Shown here: piece by piece, positions 9,550 to 20,925 of the stretch
Numbering within the stretch: position 1 is the stretch's first letter
How the letters are laid out: each line of letters opens with the position of its first letter
Source: an uncultured delta proteobacterium
GTDB taxonomy: Bacteria; Desulfobacterota; Desulfomonilia; Desulfomonilales; Desulfomonilaceae
Assembly (NCBI GenBank): GCA_963789265.1
Contig: CAWBKB010000001.1
Location: forward strand, 992,001 to 1,056,000
Length of the DNA: 64,000 bases
Direction of reading: 5' to 3'
The notes under the pieces: generated by a model
Seen by the model: the letters and a program-made list of their open reading frames with translations, nothing else
What the model was told of the DNA's origin: nothing
The model's database searches: none
Position numbers and translations under genes: made by a program

Positions 9550-12177
9550 CTAACTCTGCACAAAGATTCGAGTAACCCTGGGAGAAATCTTGCAAATTAT
9601 CTCGTAATTGATCGTTCCCCCGTTGGCCGCGATCTCGTCCGCAAGGATTTCTTCATCCCCTTGGCGCCCGATGAGAACCGCTTCGTCACCTACCTTGACT
9701 CCGGGCACGTCGGTCACATCGATCATAGTGGCATCCATACACACCGTCCCCACCACCGGAACTCTGCACCCTCTGACGAGGACCTGTCCGACATTCGATT
9801 GGAAGCGGGGATAGCCGTCGTTGTACCCCACGTGCAGTGTAGCTATGCGGCACGGCTGGGTAGTGACGAAGCGCCGATTATATGAGATGCATCTGCCTGC
9901 CGGATGCTCCTTGATCTGGGCGATCTTGGTCGAAAAGGTGATCACCTGTTCGAGTCGAACCAACGAACGCACTGCTTCAGATGGATACATGCCGTATATT
10001 CCCAGGCCGGGCCTGACCATGTTGAAGTGGGTTTGCGGAAATCTGACCACTGCCGCGGTGTTCCCCGCATGCACGTATCGGAACGCATGCCCCCGGCGTG
10101 TTAAATCATCCACGAGCGATTGAAAAGAGCGGGTCTGCTCCAGCGTATATTCATCGTCACGCGGGTCGTCCGCGCCGGCGAAATGAGTCATAATGCCTTC
10201 GACATCCAGATTTCTCATGCATAGCATTGCTTCGATGAAAGGGATTGCATCATCTACCCACACTCCGGACCTTCCCATTCCTGTGTCAATCTTGACATGA
10301 ACCGGGATCTTCCTCCTTCCCTCGGCGACCCGATCCAGAGCTTGGGCCAACTCCAGAGAAGCCACTACGGAGCTGAGGCGGTATCTAACGATCTTGTCCA
10401 CTTCTTCCGGGAGGACATTGAACACGAGTATAGGCGCGTCTATCCTATTTTCTCTCAGAGTCGCGCCTTCGTCCGGGAATGCTACCGCAAGGTAGGTCAC
10501 ACCGTTTTCGAGCGCCACCTTAGAGGTCCTTATGGAATCGTTCCCATAACCGAAACTCTTCACCACCGGCATGATTGAGACATCATCGCCGACAATTCCG
10601 CGGACCGTCTTTATGTTGGCGGCAATGGCATCCAAGTTGACTACCAGTCGCGTGGGACCGATGGATCCTACCAGGTCCTTGGCTATCCGTTCAAGGCGAA
10701 ACCAGCGCGAGCCCTTGAACAGAACCACGTCTCCACGGTTCATAATCTTTTCCAGTTCCGCAGCAGCTTCGTTGTGACTCCGAGTGTTGGTCACCTTCCG
10801 GGAGTTCATACCCTCCAGTGCCGCGGCTTGTCCGATCAAGGCTGCGTTCTCGCCTACTGTTATAAGATGGTCCAGGCCGGTCCGCGCAACATCCTTCCCC
10901 ACTGCCAGATGTTCCTCCCGACTGTGCAGTCCCAGATCGAGCATTTCACTTAGGATAGCGATTTTGCGGCGGCCTTTGCCCACTTTGGCAAGAACGTCCA
11001 GTGCTCCTTTCATGGACGCGGGGTCTGAATTGTACGTGTCGTTGATGAGCGTGACGCCGGTCACCGTGGTATGAATCTCGAGCCTCATCGGAGACGGATG
11101 AAACTCCTCGAGACCTTTCCGGATAGCGTCAGGGGATGCGCCCAACAGCGTGGCGCCTGCCGCGGCAGCCAAAGCGTTAAGAACGTTGAACCAGCCTGGA
11201 ACCGGGAGAGTGATGTCCAGCTTCCTGCCAAAGAGATCCATGCGAAAAGTGTGACCCCTCTCGGGAAGGGTTTCAACACCGTGCGCCGTTACATCAGCTT
11301 TGCCGGAGATTCCGAAAGTGACGACATTGGCCCGGAGTCGGCCCAAAAGGCTCATGCTCAAAGGGTCGTCCGCGTTGAGAATCAGGAAGGAATCGCTTTT
11401 CAAGTTTTCGAAAAGCCGCTGTTTCTGCTCCAGAGTATTCTCGACATTACCCAGACCGCCGATGTGGGCCTTGCTTATTACCGTAAGTATCCCATGATCC
11501 GGCCGGATCATCCTTTCCAGTCGGTCCATCTCACCGGGAAGGCTTATGCCCGCCTCCATCAGCGCCACGTCATGTTCGGGCCGCATCCCGAGGAGCGCAA
11601 GGGCTGCTCCCACTTGGGTGTTATAGGAAAGCGGCGATCTGTAAGTCTTTTGCTCCAAGCACAGTATAGACGCGAGCATCTCCTTTACGAGAGTCTTACC
11701 GTTGCTGCCGGTGATCCCCACCACAGGACAACCGAAGCGACTGCGATACGATGATGCGAGTTCCTGGAGCGCCTTCAGGGTGTCCGCAACTTCTATGATC
11801 GTCGCACCTTCGGGAATCGGCTTGTCAAAGAGGTCCGAGCGACCGGTCACGACGGCTCTCACGCCCGCGGCCAGCGCATCTTCCACAAAGTCGTTCCCGT
11901 TGAAGTGCTGGCCTTTGATGGCCCAGAATATATGATCCTCGCCCAAAGGCTTGCGAGTGTCGATCGACACGCCCGAGATCAATCCCGCGGCCGGGCCTTT
12001 TACGCGCAAAGGTTGAATTTCTTGAACAACTTGGCTTAAACTAAGAAATTCCGGGTTCTCGATCCCATGTTTCTCAACTACATTGGACCGCGCACATGTT
12101 TGCATTTCTTGCGTCTCATCAGTATCGCGCGGGTCAGGCGGGCACGAGAACGCGGCGGTAAACAGATCCGTTTTCAT
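9550..12177 (-). CDS. murF-alr: Bifunctional MurF / alanine racemase
   Basis: GITGSNGKT and INDTYN (MurF); VVKSFGYG PLP lysine, KIDTGMGR, RPGLGIYG and CMD (Alr). Confidence 0.92.
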   Translation of the reverse strand: MKTDLFTAAFSCPPDPRDTDETQEMQTCARSNVVEKHGIENPEFLSLSQVVQEIQPLRVKGPAAGLISGVSIDTRKPLGEDHIFWAIKGQHFNGNDFVEDALAAGVRAVVTGRSDLFDKPIPEGATIIEVADTLKALQELASSYRSRFGCPVVGITGSNGKTLVKEMLASILCLEQKTYRSPLSYNTQVGAALALLGMRPEHDVALMEAGISLPGEMDRLERMIRPDHGILTVISKAHIGGLGNVENTLEQKQRLFENLKSDSFLILNADDPLSMSLLGRLRANVVTFGISGKADVTAHGVETLPERGHTFRMDLFGRKLDITLPVPGWFNVLNALAAAAGATLLGASPDAIRKGLEEFHPSPMRLEIHTTVTGVTLINDTYNSDPASMKGALDVLAKVGKGRRKIAILSEMLDLGLHSREEHLAVGKDVARTGLDHLITVGENAALIGQAAALEGMNSRKVTNTRSHNEAAAELEKIMNRGDVVLFKGSRWFRLERIAKDLVGSIGPTRLVVNLDAIAANIKTVRGIVGDDVSIMPVVKSFGYGNDSIRTSKVALENGVTYLAVAFPDEGATLRENRIDAPILVFNVLPEEVDKIVRYRLSSVVASLELAQALDRVAEGRRKIPVHVKIDTGMGRSGVWVDDAIPFIEAMLCMRNLDVEGIMTHFAGADDPRDDEYTLEQTRSFQSLVDDLTRRGHAFRYVHAGNTAAVVRFPQTHFNMVRPGLGIYGMYPSEAVRSLVRLEQVITFSTKIAQIKEHPAGRCISYNRRFVTTQPCRIATLHVGYNDGYPRFQSNVGQVLVRGCRVPVVGTVCMDATMIDVTDVPGVKVGDEAVLIGRQGDEEILADEIAANGGTINYEIICKISPRVTRIFVQS

Positions 12178-12388
12178 GGTAACGATCTACCATGAGACAT
12201 GACATAAGACAATAGCAAGGCCGCGTCTTGACGGCTTGGGCTGGACCAATCAATATGAACGTCGTCTATCCATGAACCAAGTGTTAAAACGCATTAATGG
12301 TGTCCAATCGATGGCGATTGGGCAGAGGTTCTGACTGAAGGTGCAATTTGAAACCTGCGTTACGCGGGACGAAGGAATTCCTTCTTCA

Positions 12389-12495
12389 GTGGGATGGGCA
12401 TCCTGCCCGTCATTAAGCGACAGGCAAGATGCCTGTCCCACCAGTCCCGAGAACGTGGGACAGACCGAACCTCGGATCGAAGTCCAGGGTGACGA
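12389..12495. repeat. GTGGGA-type REP pair plus CGTC-type half element
   Basis: GTGGGATGGGCATCCTGCCCGTC..GACAGGCAAGATGCCTGTCCCAC; CCTCGGATCGAAGTCCAGGGTGACG. Confidence 0.75.
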
Positions 12496-12538
12496 GTGAT
12501 CTGCAAGGCTCATTCTTACATTCTGAGAAAGTCAGGAC

Positions 12539-15200
12539 ATGATGGTTGAACAACATTACAAATACAAGCGCGATGATTTCGGTGAGATGCCGGTCAAACT
12601 CAATCATTTGACGATTTATCTGAACTTCCTGAGCTCATTCGTCGAAGCGACCATCCTGCTGGACATTACCGCAAAACAACCGCTGAATCTAATCGAGCTT
12701 GATGCCAAAGACTTGGAAATCGTGCGGGTGGCATGGGTCGAGAAGGCGCCCGGCCGCGGAAATGAAACTTTGGATCTCGAATATGATTATCTCCGGGAAA
12801 AGAACAAGCTCGTGGTCAACCTGCCTCACAACTTGCAACCCGGCGAACGTTTCAGCATCCGAACAATCACACGATGCGTTCCTTCGGATCGGTTGCTCGA
12901 AGGGATTTACAAGGATACTACGCCTCCGGCGGCTCCACAGCAGTTCATCTCCCAATGTCAGCAATGGGGCTTTCAACGCATAATGCCCATCTTTGATGAT
13001 TGCCGTGCAAAATGCACTATGACTACAACGCTGGAAGCCGATGCTCGATACACTCACCTGATAAGCAACGGCAACATAAGCAAAAGACTGAATCCTAACG
13101 GCAGGCCCACCGCAAAACCCGGCGATCCCAGCCGCCAGATCATCACGTATGAGAATCCCGTTCCCATGGCGCCGTATCTCTTCTTGGCGGCCGCGGGGAC
13201 TTGGGACATGCTGGCCGATTCCGTCGCGTATGAATCAGGCCGGAGAGTGCGGCTAGAATACCTCGTTCCACCCGGCCGCACGGACGACGCGCGCATCCCG
13301 ATGGAAATACTCAAACAATCGGTCCTGTGGATACGCAAGACTCAGGATTATGAATATACAGGGGAAACGTATCGAACCATTTGCATGAACAAGTCGAATT
13401 TCGGTGGAATGGAGAACGTAGGGAACACTACGGTGGTAACGGATGCGGCCCTGATCGACGAACACACTTTGGATAGGTCTCTCATGTACGCCCATGCCGT
13501 GATGGTCCACGAGTTCGAACATAACCAGTGCGGCAGCGAAACCACCATGGAGACTCCGTTCGACGTCTGGTTGAACGAAGCTTATACGGTGCATGTCGAA
13601 CGTGCCTTCACAGCGGATGTCTTTGATCCGGCATTTGTTCGCCTAACGCAAGTGGACAGCATTCGCAGCCCGCTTCTGGGGCCTTTGGCCATAGAGGACG
13701 GCGGTCGCGTGGGCCGCATCGTTCGGGAAGGGTTCAATGACCCGGATGACTTGATTGACGGTGTGACGTACGTTAAGGCCGCGGAAGTAATCCGCATGCT
13801 GCGTCTCATCGTCGGAAAGGAAGCGTTCCGAGCGGGGAAGAATCTCTACTTTGCCAGATATCGGCACTCCAACGCAAATACGGATCAATTCTTCGAGTGT
13901 TTTGAGCAGGTCTCCGGCCGTTCGCTGGATCGGTTCAAGAAGAGTTGGCTCTACAGGATCGGCTACCCTCGTGTAGTTGCGTCCACGAGTTACGACCCTG
14001 CAAACAGTGAATTCCACGTAGATCTCCGACAAGAATCGACATCCGACAACGAGCCGTTTCACTTGCCGTTGGAAGTGGCACTCGTGGACGTGGAAGGCAG
14101 AGTCGTTTCAGGTACGGAACAAGTATTTGAATTAAATAAAGAAAGGTCACGATTGACCTTTCAAGGCATTGCGGAAGAGCCCGCATTCGCTTCGCTGAAC
14201 CGTGACTACTCTTTTTACGGAACTTTCCGCCAAGAGGATGCTTCACATGAAACTTTGGCCACGCAGGTGCGCCTGGACACGAACGCTTTTAACCGCGTGG
14301 AAGCCATGCGGAGACTTACCGACCGTCAGCGGGTCAACTTGCTCCTGGATCCCGGCTACGTCATAGATCCTGCTTGGGTGGACCTCTACGGCGAGATCCT
14401 CGAGGATCGAAACCTGCCCGCGGCACTCAAAGCGGTACTTTATTCGTATTGACGAGCAGCCTCTGGATAGGGACTACTGCACGTGGTATCCTGAACTGGT
14501 AGTCGCACGAGAAAAACTCATGCGCGCGGTAAATCAGGCTCACCGTGAAGATCTGAAAAGAGTTTTTCACGAGATCGATACATACCGGCCGAGACAATCA
14601 CCGAAGGACGGGATCGAAGACCGCATCCTCAAGCACGCGCTACTGGACCTGATCGCCATAGATGACGCACCTGAAAGCCACGGGCTCGTCATGAACCACT
14701 ACCGCTCCGCGACTACCGCGGCGGACCGGGTTTCTGCACTTCTGGCTTTGAACCGAAGTTCCGCGGCAGAACGTCGTGAAATTCTTGAACAAGCCTATGA
14801 AGCCTGGCACACGCACCTGAGCGGGTACGGGAATTATCTTGCCGTGGTTGGCGCCGGCACCCGGGAGGATGTCTTTGAGATGATTGAAGCTGAAAAGAAA
14901 CGGGCTTCCTTTGATATCACTCAACCCACCTGGTCCAGAGCGCTTTTCTTATCCATGGCCACCAACAACAAGATGATCTGGACCGACCGCGGCATACAAC
15001 GGGTTGCCGATACGGTGATAGAGCTTTCCCGCATCAATGCCTTCACGGCAAGTCGGCTGCTCAACACCTTCCAACACGCTCGAAAACTCAAGCCTGACTT
15101 GCAGCGACTGGTGACACCCGCACTGGAGGCTATTGCACTGGCAGTTCCGGAACAAGTGAGCCCCTCACTACATGGTCAAGCAAAAGCTTATCTGGGTTGA
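12539..15200 (+). CDS. pepN: Aminopeptidase N (M1), interrupted by a 1-nt frameshift near 14434
   Basis: GGMEN and HEFEH-x18-E motifs; removing one G at GCGGTAC joins 12539-14452 to 14520-15200 via AYFIRIDEQPLD. Confidence 0.88.
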
Positions 15201-15291
15201 GGACTCAGCCGTGGGAAGGTGCAAAAGGTCCGGAGTGGCATAGGATGTGGTGAATCCCCTGGTAGGGAAGTGAACCGCATGGCTGGGACCG

Positions 15292-15342
15292 GTGGGACAG
15301 GCATCCTGCCTGTCGCTTAGGCAGGCAAGATGCCTGCCCCAC
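15292..15342. repeat. GTGGGA-type REP pair
   Basis: GTGGGACAGGCATCCTGCCTGTC..GGCAGGCAAGATGCCTGCCCCAC. Confidence 0.75.
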
Positions 15343-15488
15343 TATTCTTTGTCCAACAATGTACCTCGAACACGCCAAAGGCGTGGTTCCCCCGCGTTCG
15401 TGGGGTTCACCACATCCTTGTATTTTAGGGCCTATAAGGACATGACTACCTTGACCCCGGCCGTCCTGCCGCATCTGGAGTAAATTTC

Positions 15489-18077
15489 ATGAAAACGGAG
15501 CACAAAGTGATAGCCCTCTCAGTGGCTTTCTTTGCCTTTATCTGCCTGACCGACGCACTGGTCCAATCTATGGTGTTTCATCAGATGTCCTTTTGGGATT
15601 CACTATTCATGAAGGTGCCCAAAGAGGATGTGTATCATCGCACACTCATCACAATTTGCTTCCTTGTTTTCGGGGTGATCGTGGCGAGGATCTTCAGAAA
15701 ACAAGGTAGAGCCGAAGAAGCGCTTCGAGAGAGCGAAGCACGATTCAGGCACATCTATGATAATTCGCCCGTCATGATGCACTCGATAGATCGGCAGGGA
15801 ATTGTGCGAAATGTCAACGGAAGATGGCTTGAGGAAATGGGATATTCCCGAGACGAAGTTCTAGGGCGCAACCTTGACTTTGCAATGACCCCCGAGTCGG
15901 CAAGCAGGGTATTGCATCCTATCGCCCGCGAATTCTGGCGCAGCGGGGAAGCCAAAAACTTGGAGTATCAGTATGTGAAAAAGGACGGATCGATAATAGA
16001 TGTGATTGTGGACGCTACCGTTATGAACGACCCCGCCTGGGGCAAAGTGAGTTTGTCCACGGCCCGCAACGTCACCGCTCGAAAGAAGGCGCAGAGGGAT
16101 TTGATCGAAGCTCGGGAAGCCGCAGAGCAGGCGAATCGGGCCAAGAGCGAATTCCTCGCGAATATGAGCCATGAGATTCGCACGCCTATCAACGGAATAA
16201 TCGGCATGACCGAGTTGGCCCTTAATACTGAACTCGCCCCCGAGCAGCGCGAATACCTCGAAACAGTCGAAATGTCGGCAGAGTCACTTCTTACGCTTGT
16301 CAATGATTTCCTGGACTTTTCCAAGATCGAAGCGGGGAAGCTCGATCTCATCGCTATGGACTTCAGCCTGCGGGATTTCATCGGAAACACCATGAGCACC
16401 CTTGCCCTGCACGCCCACAGGAAAGGTCTTGAATTAGTCTGCCACATACCTTCCACTACGCCTGACGGACTGATCGGAGATCCCGGCCGCCTTCGTCAGG
16501 TACTCGTGAATGTGGTCGGAAACGCCATCAAATTCACCGACCGAGGAGAGGTAGTGGTACGGGTCGAGGTGGATTTCGAAGATGGAACCGAGGTTATGTT
16601 GCATTTCACGGTAACGGACACCGGTATCGGCATTCCTGTCGACAAGCGGGAAACGATCTTTCAGACCTTTGAGCAGGTGGACACGTCAACATCGAGAAAA
16701 TACGGCGGAACAGGGCTGGGGCTGGCGATCTCTTCGCAACTGGTTCACAACATGAAAGGCCGCATTTGGGTGGAAAGCGAACTTAACAAGGGGAGCACCT
16801 TCCATTTCATTGTCGGACTTGAGCTGCACAGTCAGTCGGAGCCGGCGCCCATCGCCGGACAGATGCCCGACATGAAAGACTTGCCGCTGCTCATCGTTGA
16901 CGACAACGCCACGAACCGACGAGTCTTGGAAGAAATGGTGCTCCAGTGGGGGATGAAACCTACCACTGTGGATAGCGGAAAGACAGCTTTGGTCGCTATG
17001 GAAGCCGCACATAATGTTGGGCGGCCTTTCAAATTGATTCTCACTGATTGCATGATGCCGGAGATGGACGGTTTCCAACTGGTCGAGCGAATTGGCCGGG
17101 ATTCGCGTCTCAATGCCTCCACCATAATCATGCTCACTTCCGCGGGCGAGCGAGGCGATGGCGCGCGCTGCGTGAATCTAGGGATTTCTGCCTACTTATT
17201 GAAGCCAATCAAACAGTCGGAATTACTCTTCACGATTTCAAAGGTGCTCCAGGCCCCGCAGGCAAACGCAGCGGGCAATTCACTCATTACCCGTCATTCA
17301 ATACGAGAGAGCAGACGCCGGTACCGAATACTTCTAGCGGACGACAATGCAATAAACCGTAAGGTGGCCGACGGTATGCTCAAAAGAATGGGACACACCG
17401 TTTTCATTGCGACAAACGGACGGGAGGTTCTGGACTTTGTGGAAAAGCAAAGCCTCGATTTAATTTTGATGGACATTCAAATGCCGGACGTTGACGGCTT
17501 TGAGGCCACCCAGGCTATAAGGATGCAAGAGAAGACCACAAAAGAGCACCTCCCTATTGTAGCCATGACCGCCCACGCTATGAAGGGCGACAAAGAAAGG
17601 TGCATACAGGCTGGTATGGATGCCTATATCGCCAAGCCGATCAATGCCAAACAACTCTTTGACACCGTAGAGAATCTACTTCGAGGTCGCGAAACAGCCG
17701 ACGAGACTCCGGATATCTCCGACGTGCTGCCGCTTGCATTGGACAAAGCCAAAATACTTGAACGAATTGGAGGTGACAGGGATCTTCTGAACGAACTTGC
17801 GGAACTCTTTGCTGCGGAGTGTCCGAGTATGCTGTCCAACGTTCGGGATGCGGTACGGGACGTGCAAGCGGATGCATTGGAGAAAGCTGCTCACGCGCTC
17901 AAAGGCTCGGTCGGCAATTTTGCAGCCGAAGCGGCGGTACAGGCAGCGTTGAGGTTGGAGATGATGGGAAGAAACCGCGATATGGCCCAAGCCCCGCAAG
18001 CGCTCCAGGATTTGGAGCGGGAAATTCGTCGTGTCCTCAAGGGCTTGGCGGCTCTGGTAAAGGAAAGCGAACGATGA
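15489..18077 (+). CDS. Membrane PAS hybrid histidine kinase with two REC domains and Hpt
   Basis: 2 TM segments, PAS, SHEIRTP, GGTGLG, two REC, AHALKGS Hpt. Confidence 0.95.
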   Translation: MKTEHKVIALSVAFFAFICLTDALVQSMVFHQMSFWDSLFMKVPKEDVYHRTLITICFLVFGVIVARIFRKQGRAEEALRESEARFRHIYDNSPVMMHSIDRQGIVRNVNGRWLEEMGYSRDEVLGRNLDFAMTPESASRVLHPIAREFWRSGEAKNLEYQYVKKDGSIIDVIVDATVMNDPAWGKVSLSTARNVTARKKAQRDLIEAREAAEQANRAKSEFLANMSHEIRTPINGIIGMTELALNTELAPEQREYLETVEMSAESLLTLVNDFLDFSKIEAGKLDLIAMDFSLRDFIGNTMSTLALHAHRKGLELVCHIPSTTPDGLIGDPGRLRQVLVNVVGNAIKFTDRGEVVVRVEVDFEDGTEVMLHFTVTDTGIGIPVDKRETIFQTFEQVDTSTSRKYGGTGLGLAISSQLVHNMKGRIWVESELNKGSTFHFIVGLELHSQSEPAPIAGQMPDMKDLPLLIVDDNATNRRVLEEMVLQWGMKPTTVDSGKTALVAMEAAHNVGRPFKLILTDCMMPEMDGFQLVERIGRDSRLNASTIIMLTSAGERGDGARCVNLGISAYLLKPIKQSELLFTISKVLQAPQANAAGNSLITRHSIRESRRRYRILLADDNAINRKVADGMLKRMGHTVFIATNGREVLDFVEKQSLDLILMDIQMPDVDGFEATQAIRMQEKTTKEHLPIVAMTAHAMKGDKERCIQAGMDAYIAKPINAKQLFDTVENLLRGRETADETPDISDVLPLALDKAKILERIGGDRDLLNELAELFAAECPSMLSNVRDAVRDVQADALEKAAHALKGSVGNFAAEAAVQAALRLEMMGRNRDMAQAPQALQDLEREIRRVLKGLAALVKESER

Positions 18078-19036
18078 AAATACTTATCGCGGAGGACGAT
18101 GCAGTCACGAGGAAGCTGCTGCAAGTTCACCTTGCGAAATGGCACCACAAGGTGACTGCTTGCTCCAACGGCAGCGATGCCCGGCAAATCCTCAGAAGTG
18201 AAGATCCTCCCAAACTGGTCATTCTAGATTGGATGATGCCTGGAATTGACGGCGTGACGCTCTGTCGTGAAATTCGCAAGTTAGAAAAACACTCTTACAC
18301 TTACGTCATACTTTTGACTTCACGGAGTTTGAAAGAAGACGTGGTCGAAGGGCTCGAAGCAGGAGCGGACGACTACATCATAAAACCCTTTGATGTTCAC
18401 GAATTGAAAGTAAGAGTACGGGCCGGAACACGAATTGTGAAGCTGCAGGAGGATCTCATCGCTGCTCTGCACGCTTCGGAGTTCCAGGCATCGCATGATG
18501 CGCTCACAGGTCTGTGGAATAGACGTGCAATTCTGGAAAAGGTCCAGCAAGAACTCGATCGCTGCAGTCGGGATGGCACGAATCTTGGATTAATTATTGC
18601 TGACGTCGATCACTTCAAAGAGGTGAACGATCATTACGGACATCTTGCGGGAGATGCGGTTCTCAGGGAATTGGCCGTGAGGATCGATTCTTCCAGGAGG
18701 TCTTATGACGCGGTGGGGCGGTACGGGGGTGAGGAGTTTATAATTTTGCTTCCGGGCTGCGACGGAGAAGGAGCAGGCGCGTGGGCGGAACGATTCCGCG
18801 TCGTGGTGGCAAACGTTCCTCTCCAAACAAAGGAAGGCGAATTCCGTTGCAGCATGAGTTTCGGCGCTGCTGCGCTGGACCTGCGTAGGGATCATGACCT
18901 CAACTCTTTGCTCCGGAAGGCCGATGAGGCCCTGCTTCTTGCCAAGAATCGCGGTCGAAACCGTGTCGAACTTTGGCGAAATACAGCCGAGGGACCCGAG
19001 CCTCTGATGTCGGCGAGTCAGCAACCTGAGGTGTAA
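18074..19036 (+). CDS. REC-GGDEF diguanylate cyclase
   Basis: MKILIAEDD REC; RSYD I-site followed by GGEEF; ATGA overlap with the kinase stop. Confidence 0.93.
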   Translation: MKILIAEDDAVTRKLLQVHLAKWHHKVTACSNGSDARQILRSEDPPKLVILDWMMPGIDGVTLCREIRKLEKHSYTYVILLTSRSLKEDVVEGLEAGADDYIIKPFDVHELKVRVRAGTRIVKLQEDLIAALHASEFQASHDALTGLWNRRAILEKVQQELDRCSRDGTNLGLIIADVDHFKEVNDHYGHLAGDAVLRELAVRIDSSRRSYDAVGRYGGEEFIILLPGCDGEGAGAWAERFRVVVANVPLQTKEGEFRCSMSFGAAALDLRRDHDLNSLLRKADEALLLAKNRGRNRVELWRNTAEGPEPLMSASQQPEV

Positions 19037-19042
19037 GACAGG

Positions 19043-20110
19043 ATGACCGAGTGTCAGACCGCAAAAATTCTCATTGTAGACGACGAGCCCGATATAGGCC
19101 GAATCTTGTCTATCTGGCTGAAAACGGCAGGTTACGATTGTGCTACGGCAACTTCGGGAGAACAGGCATTGGAACTGCTGCAAGACCTGAAGTTTCAGCT
19201 CGTGGTCAGCGACATCATGATGCCGGGCATGTCCGGCATAGATCTGCTCGGTTTTATCAAGGACTTGTTCCCTGAGGTGGCTGTCATCCTGGTAACGGCA
19301 GTGGACGATCGCAAGACAGCTATCATGACGCTGGAACTAGGAGCGTACGGTTACGTCATCAAGCCATTTGACCGCAACGAGATTCTCATAAACGTCGCTA
19401 ACGCCTTGGAACGCAGGCGCCTGAAACTGCTAAGCCGCGAGTATGAGCAATCCCTTGAGAGCGAAGTCCGGGAGAAGACACGCGAAGTTCGAGAGCGAGA
19501 GGAAGAAATCGTTCTCAGGTTGATTTCCGCTTCCGGCTGGCGTGATGATGAGACAGGCGCTCACGTCAGGCGAATTGGTCTAACAGCATCCGTTATGGCC
19601 AAAGAACTGGGATGGACCCGGGACGCGCTTGCCGACATGCGGCTCGCCGCGGCGATGCACGATGTGGGTAAGATCGGAATTTCGGACAGGATTCTCCTTA
19701 AGCCCGGCAAATTGACCCGGGAAGAATTTGAAGAGATGAAGAAACACACCACCATAGGTGCCCAAATTCTTGGATGCTCGAGGATACCCCTGATCCGACT
19801 GGCCAAAGAGATCGCCCTATCTCACCACGAGAAATGGGATGGGTCCGGCTATCCCAGGGGCTTAGGTGATGAGGATATTCCGGAGAGCGGGCGTATAGTC
19901 GCGGTGGCAGACGTGTACGACGCCTTGGTCATGAAGCGAGTTTATAGGCCCGCGATTCCTAAGCCGGAAGCTTTGTCTATGATGACCTCCGACAGAGGCT
20001 CGCATTTTGATCCGAGAATATTCGACTGCTTTGTGGCCCTGCTTCCCGAAATAAATCGCATCCGGCAAGAGGTGCGAGACGAAAAACGGTCACCTGCTGA
20101 TTTTGCATAG
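19043..20110 (+). CDS. REC-HD-GYP c-di-GMP phosphodiesterase
   Basis: REC; HDVGK, HHEKWDGSGYP and DVYDAL motifs. Confidence 0.93.
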   Translation: MTECQTAKILIVDDEPDIGRILSIWLKTAGYDCATATSGEQALELLQDLKFQLVVSDIMMPGMSGIDLLGFIKDLFPEVAVILVTAVDDRKTAIMTLELGAYGYVIKPFDRNEILINVANALERRRLKLLSREYEQSLESEVREKTREVREREEEIVLRLISASGWRDDETGAHVRRIGLTASVMAKELGWTRDALADMRLAAAMHDVGKIGISDRILLKPGKLTREEFEEMKKHTTIGAQILGCSRIPLIRLAKEIALSHHEKWDGSGYPRGLGDEDIPESGRIVAVADVYDALVMKRVYRPAIPKPEALSMMTSDRGSHFDPRIFDCFVALLPEINRIRQEVRDEKRSPADFA

Positions 20111-20351
20111 TCTAGCGTTTCAGGTACACTGTGTAGGTCCTCTTGTCAGGGCAGTTCCACCGATTACAGGCAGGCATTCTTTAAAAGGCGGAAAAAGCTT
20201 GTCATTGCGAGTCCCGCGGGACGCAAGATAGAAATCCTTTCCTCTGATGGCTTAGATTGCCGTGGGGCGGACTTTCTAGTTCGCCGATTCTAACACCGAT
20301 TAGCTTTCAAACAAGTGGCACCGTGTTTCTGGTAGGGGCGGGTTTCAATCC

Positions 20352-20525
20352 CAATGCTGTTGACTTAAGGGACCTCCGTCTACCCCACCGTCACCCCGGC
20401 GAAGGCCGGGGTCCAGGGGAGATTAGGAAAACCTGGATTCCGGCCTCCGCCGGAATGACGAGGTGAAGGCCCGTCGAAGGAAAAGCTCCTAGACAAGAGG
20501 CATGCGGCTTAAGTCAACAGCATTG
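20352..20525. mobile_element. IS4-like MITE inserted in a GTAG REP
   Basis: Perfect 18-bp TIR CAATGCTGTTGACTTAAG; 11-bp flanking duplication GGTTTCAA(T/A)CC. Confidence 0.8.
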
Positions 20526-20549
20526 GGTTTCAAACCCGCCCTTACATGT

Positions 20550-20635
20550 CGTCATGCCCGCGTACGCGGGCATCCAGACTGGACCCCGGATCGAAGTCCG
20601 GGGTGACGAATGGCAGGCAGGATGCCTGCCCCACT
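20550..20635. repeat. CGTC-type REP pair and GTGGG half-REP
   Basis: CGTCATGCCCGCGTACGCGGGCATCCAG..CTGGACCCCGGATCGAAGTCCGGGGTGACG. Confidence 0.7.
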
Positions 20636-20925
20636 TTATCTTGTCTAAGATTGTCGCCTATTTGATGGCGCATTAGTATGAGACGAGAAACCGCAGACTG
20701 GAAAGTCTGCGCCACTAGACTCAACCACTGTCCCTCAAAAGCCCCAATTATGTGGAAGCAGTTCCTCACTTCCGATCCTCACAGTCTTGCCGCAACCCGC
20801 GGAGGCCACAATGGAGTTGGCAAAGTCACGTGAAAACCACATCTTGTCAGCAAGCCTCATGCTCACAGACGATCTGGCACACAAGTTGCTCGTAGAGCGC
20901 GCGGGAGAAATGATGACATTAGGAC

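Noticed and set aside
14430..14452. Programmed frameshift or TGA readthrough in pepN
   Set aside because: Downstream part is in a different frame, no slippery heptamer, and similar indels recur across the window
17819..18073. N-terminal extension of the GGDEF ORF
   Set aside because: Overlaps the kinase; the real start is ATG 18074 at the REC domain
20257..20769. Short ORFs over intergenic repeats (also 15205-15483, 23795-24043, 29026-29238, 33694-34006)
   Set aside because: Translations such as VGQASCL and WIPASAGMT come from REP/MITE sequence
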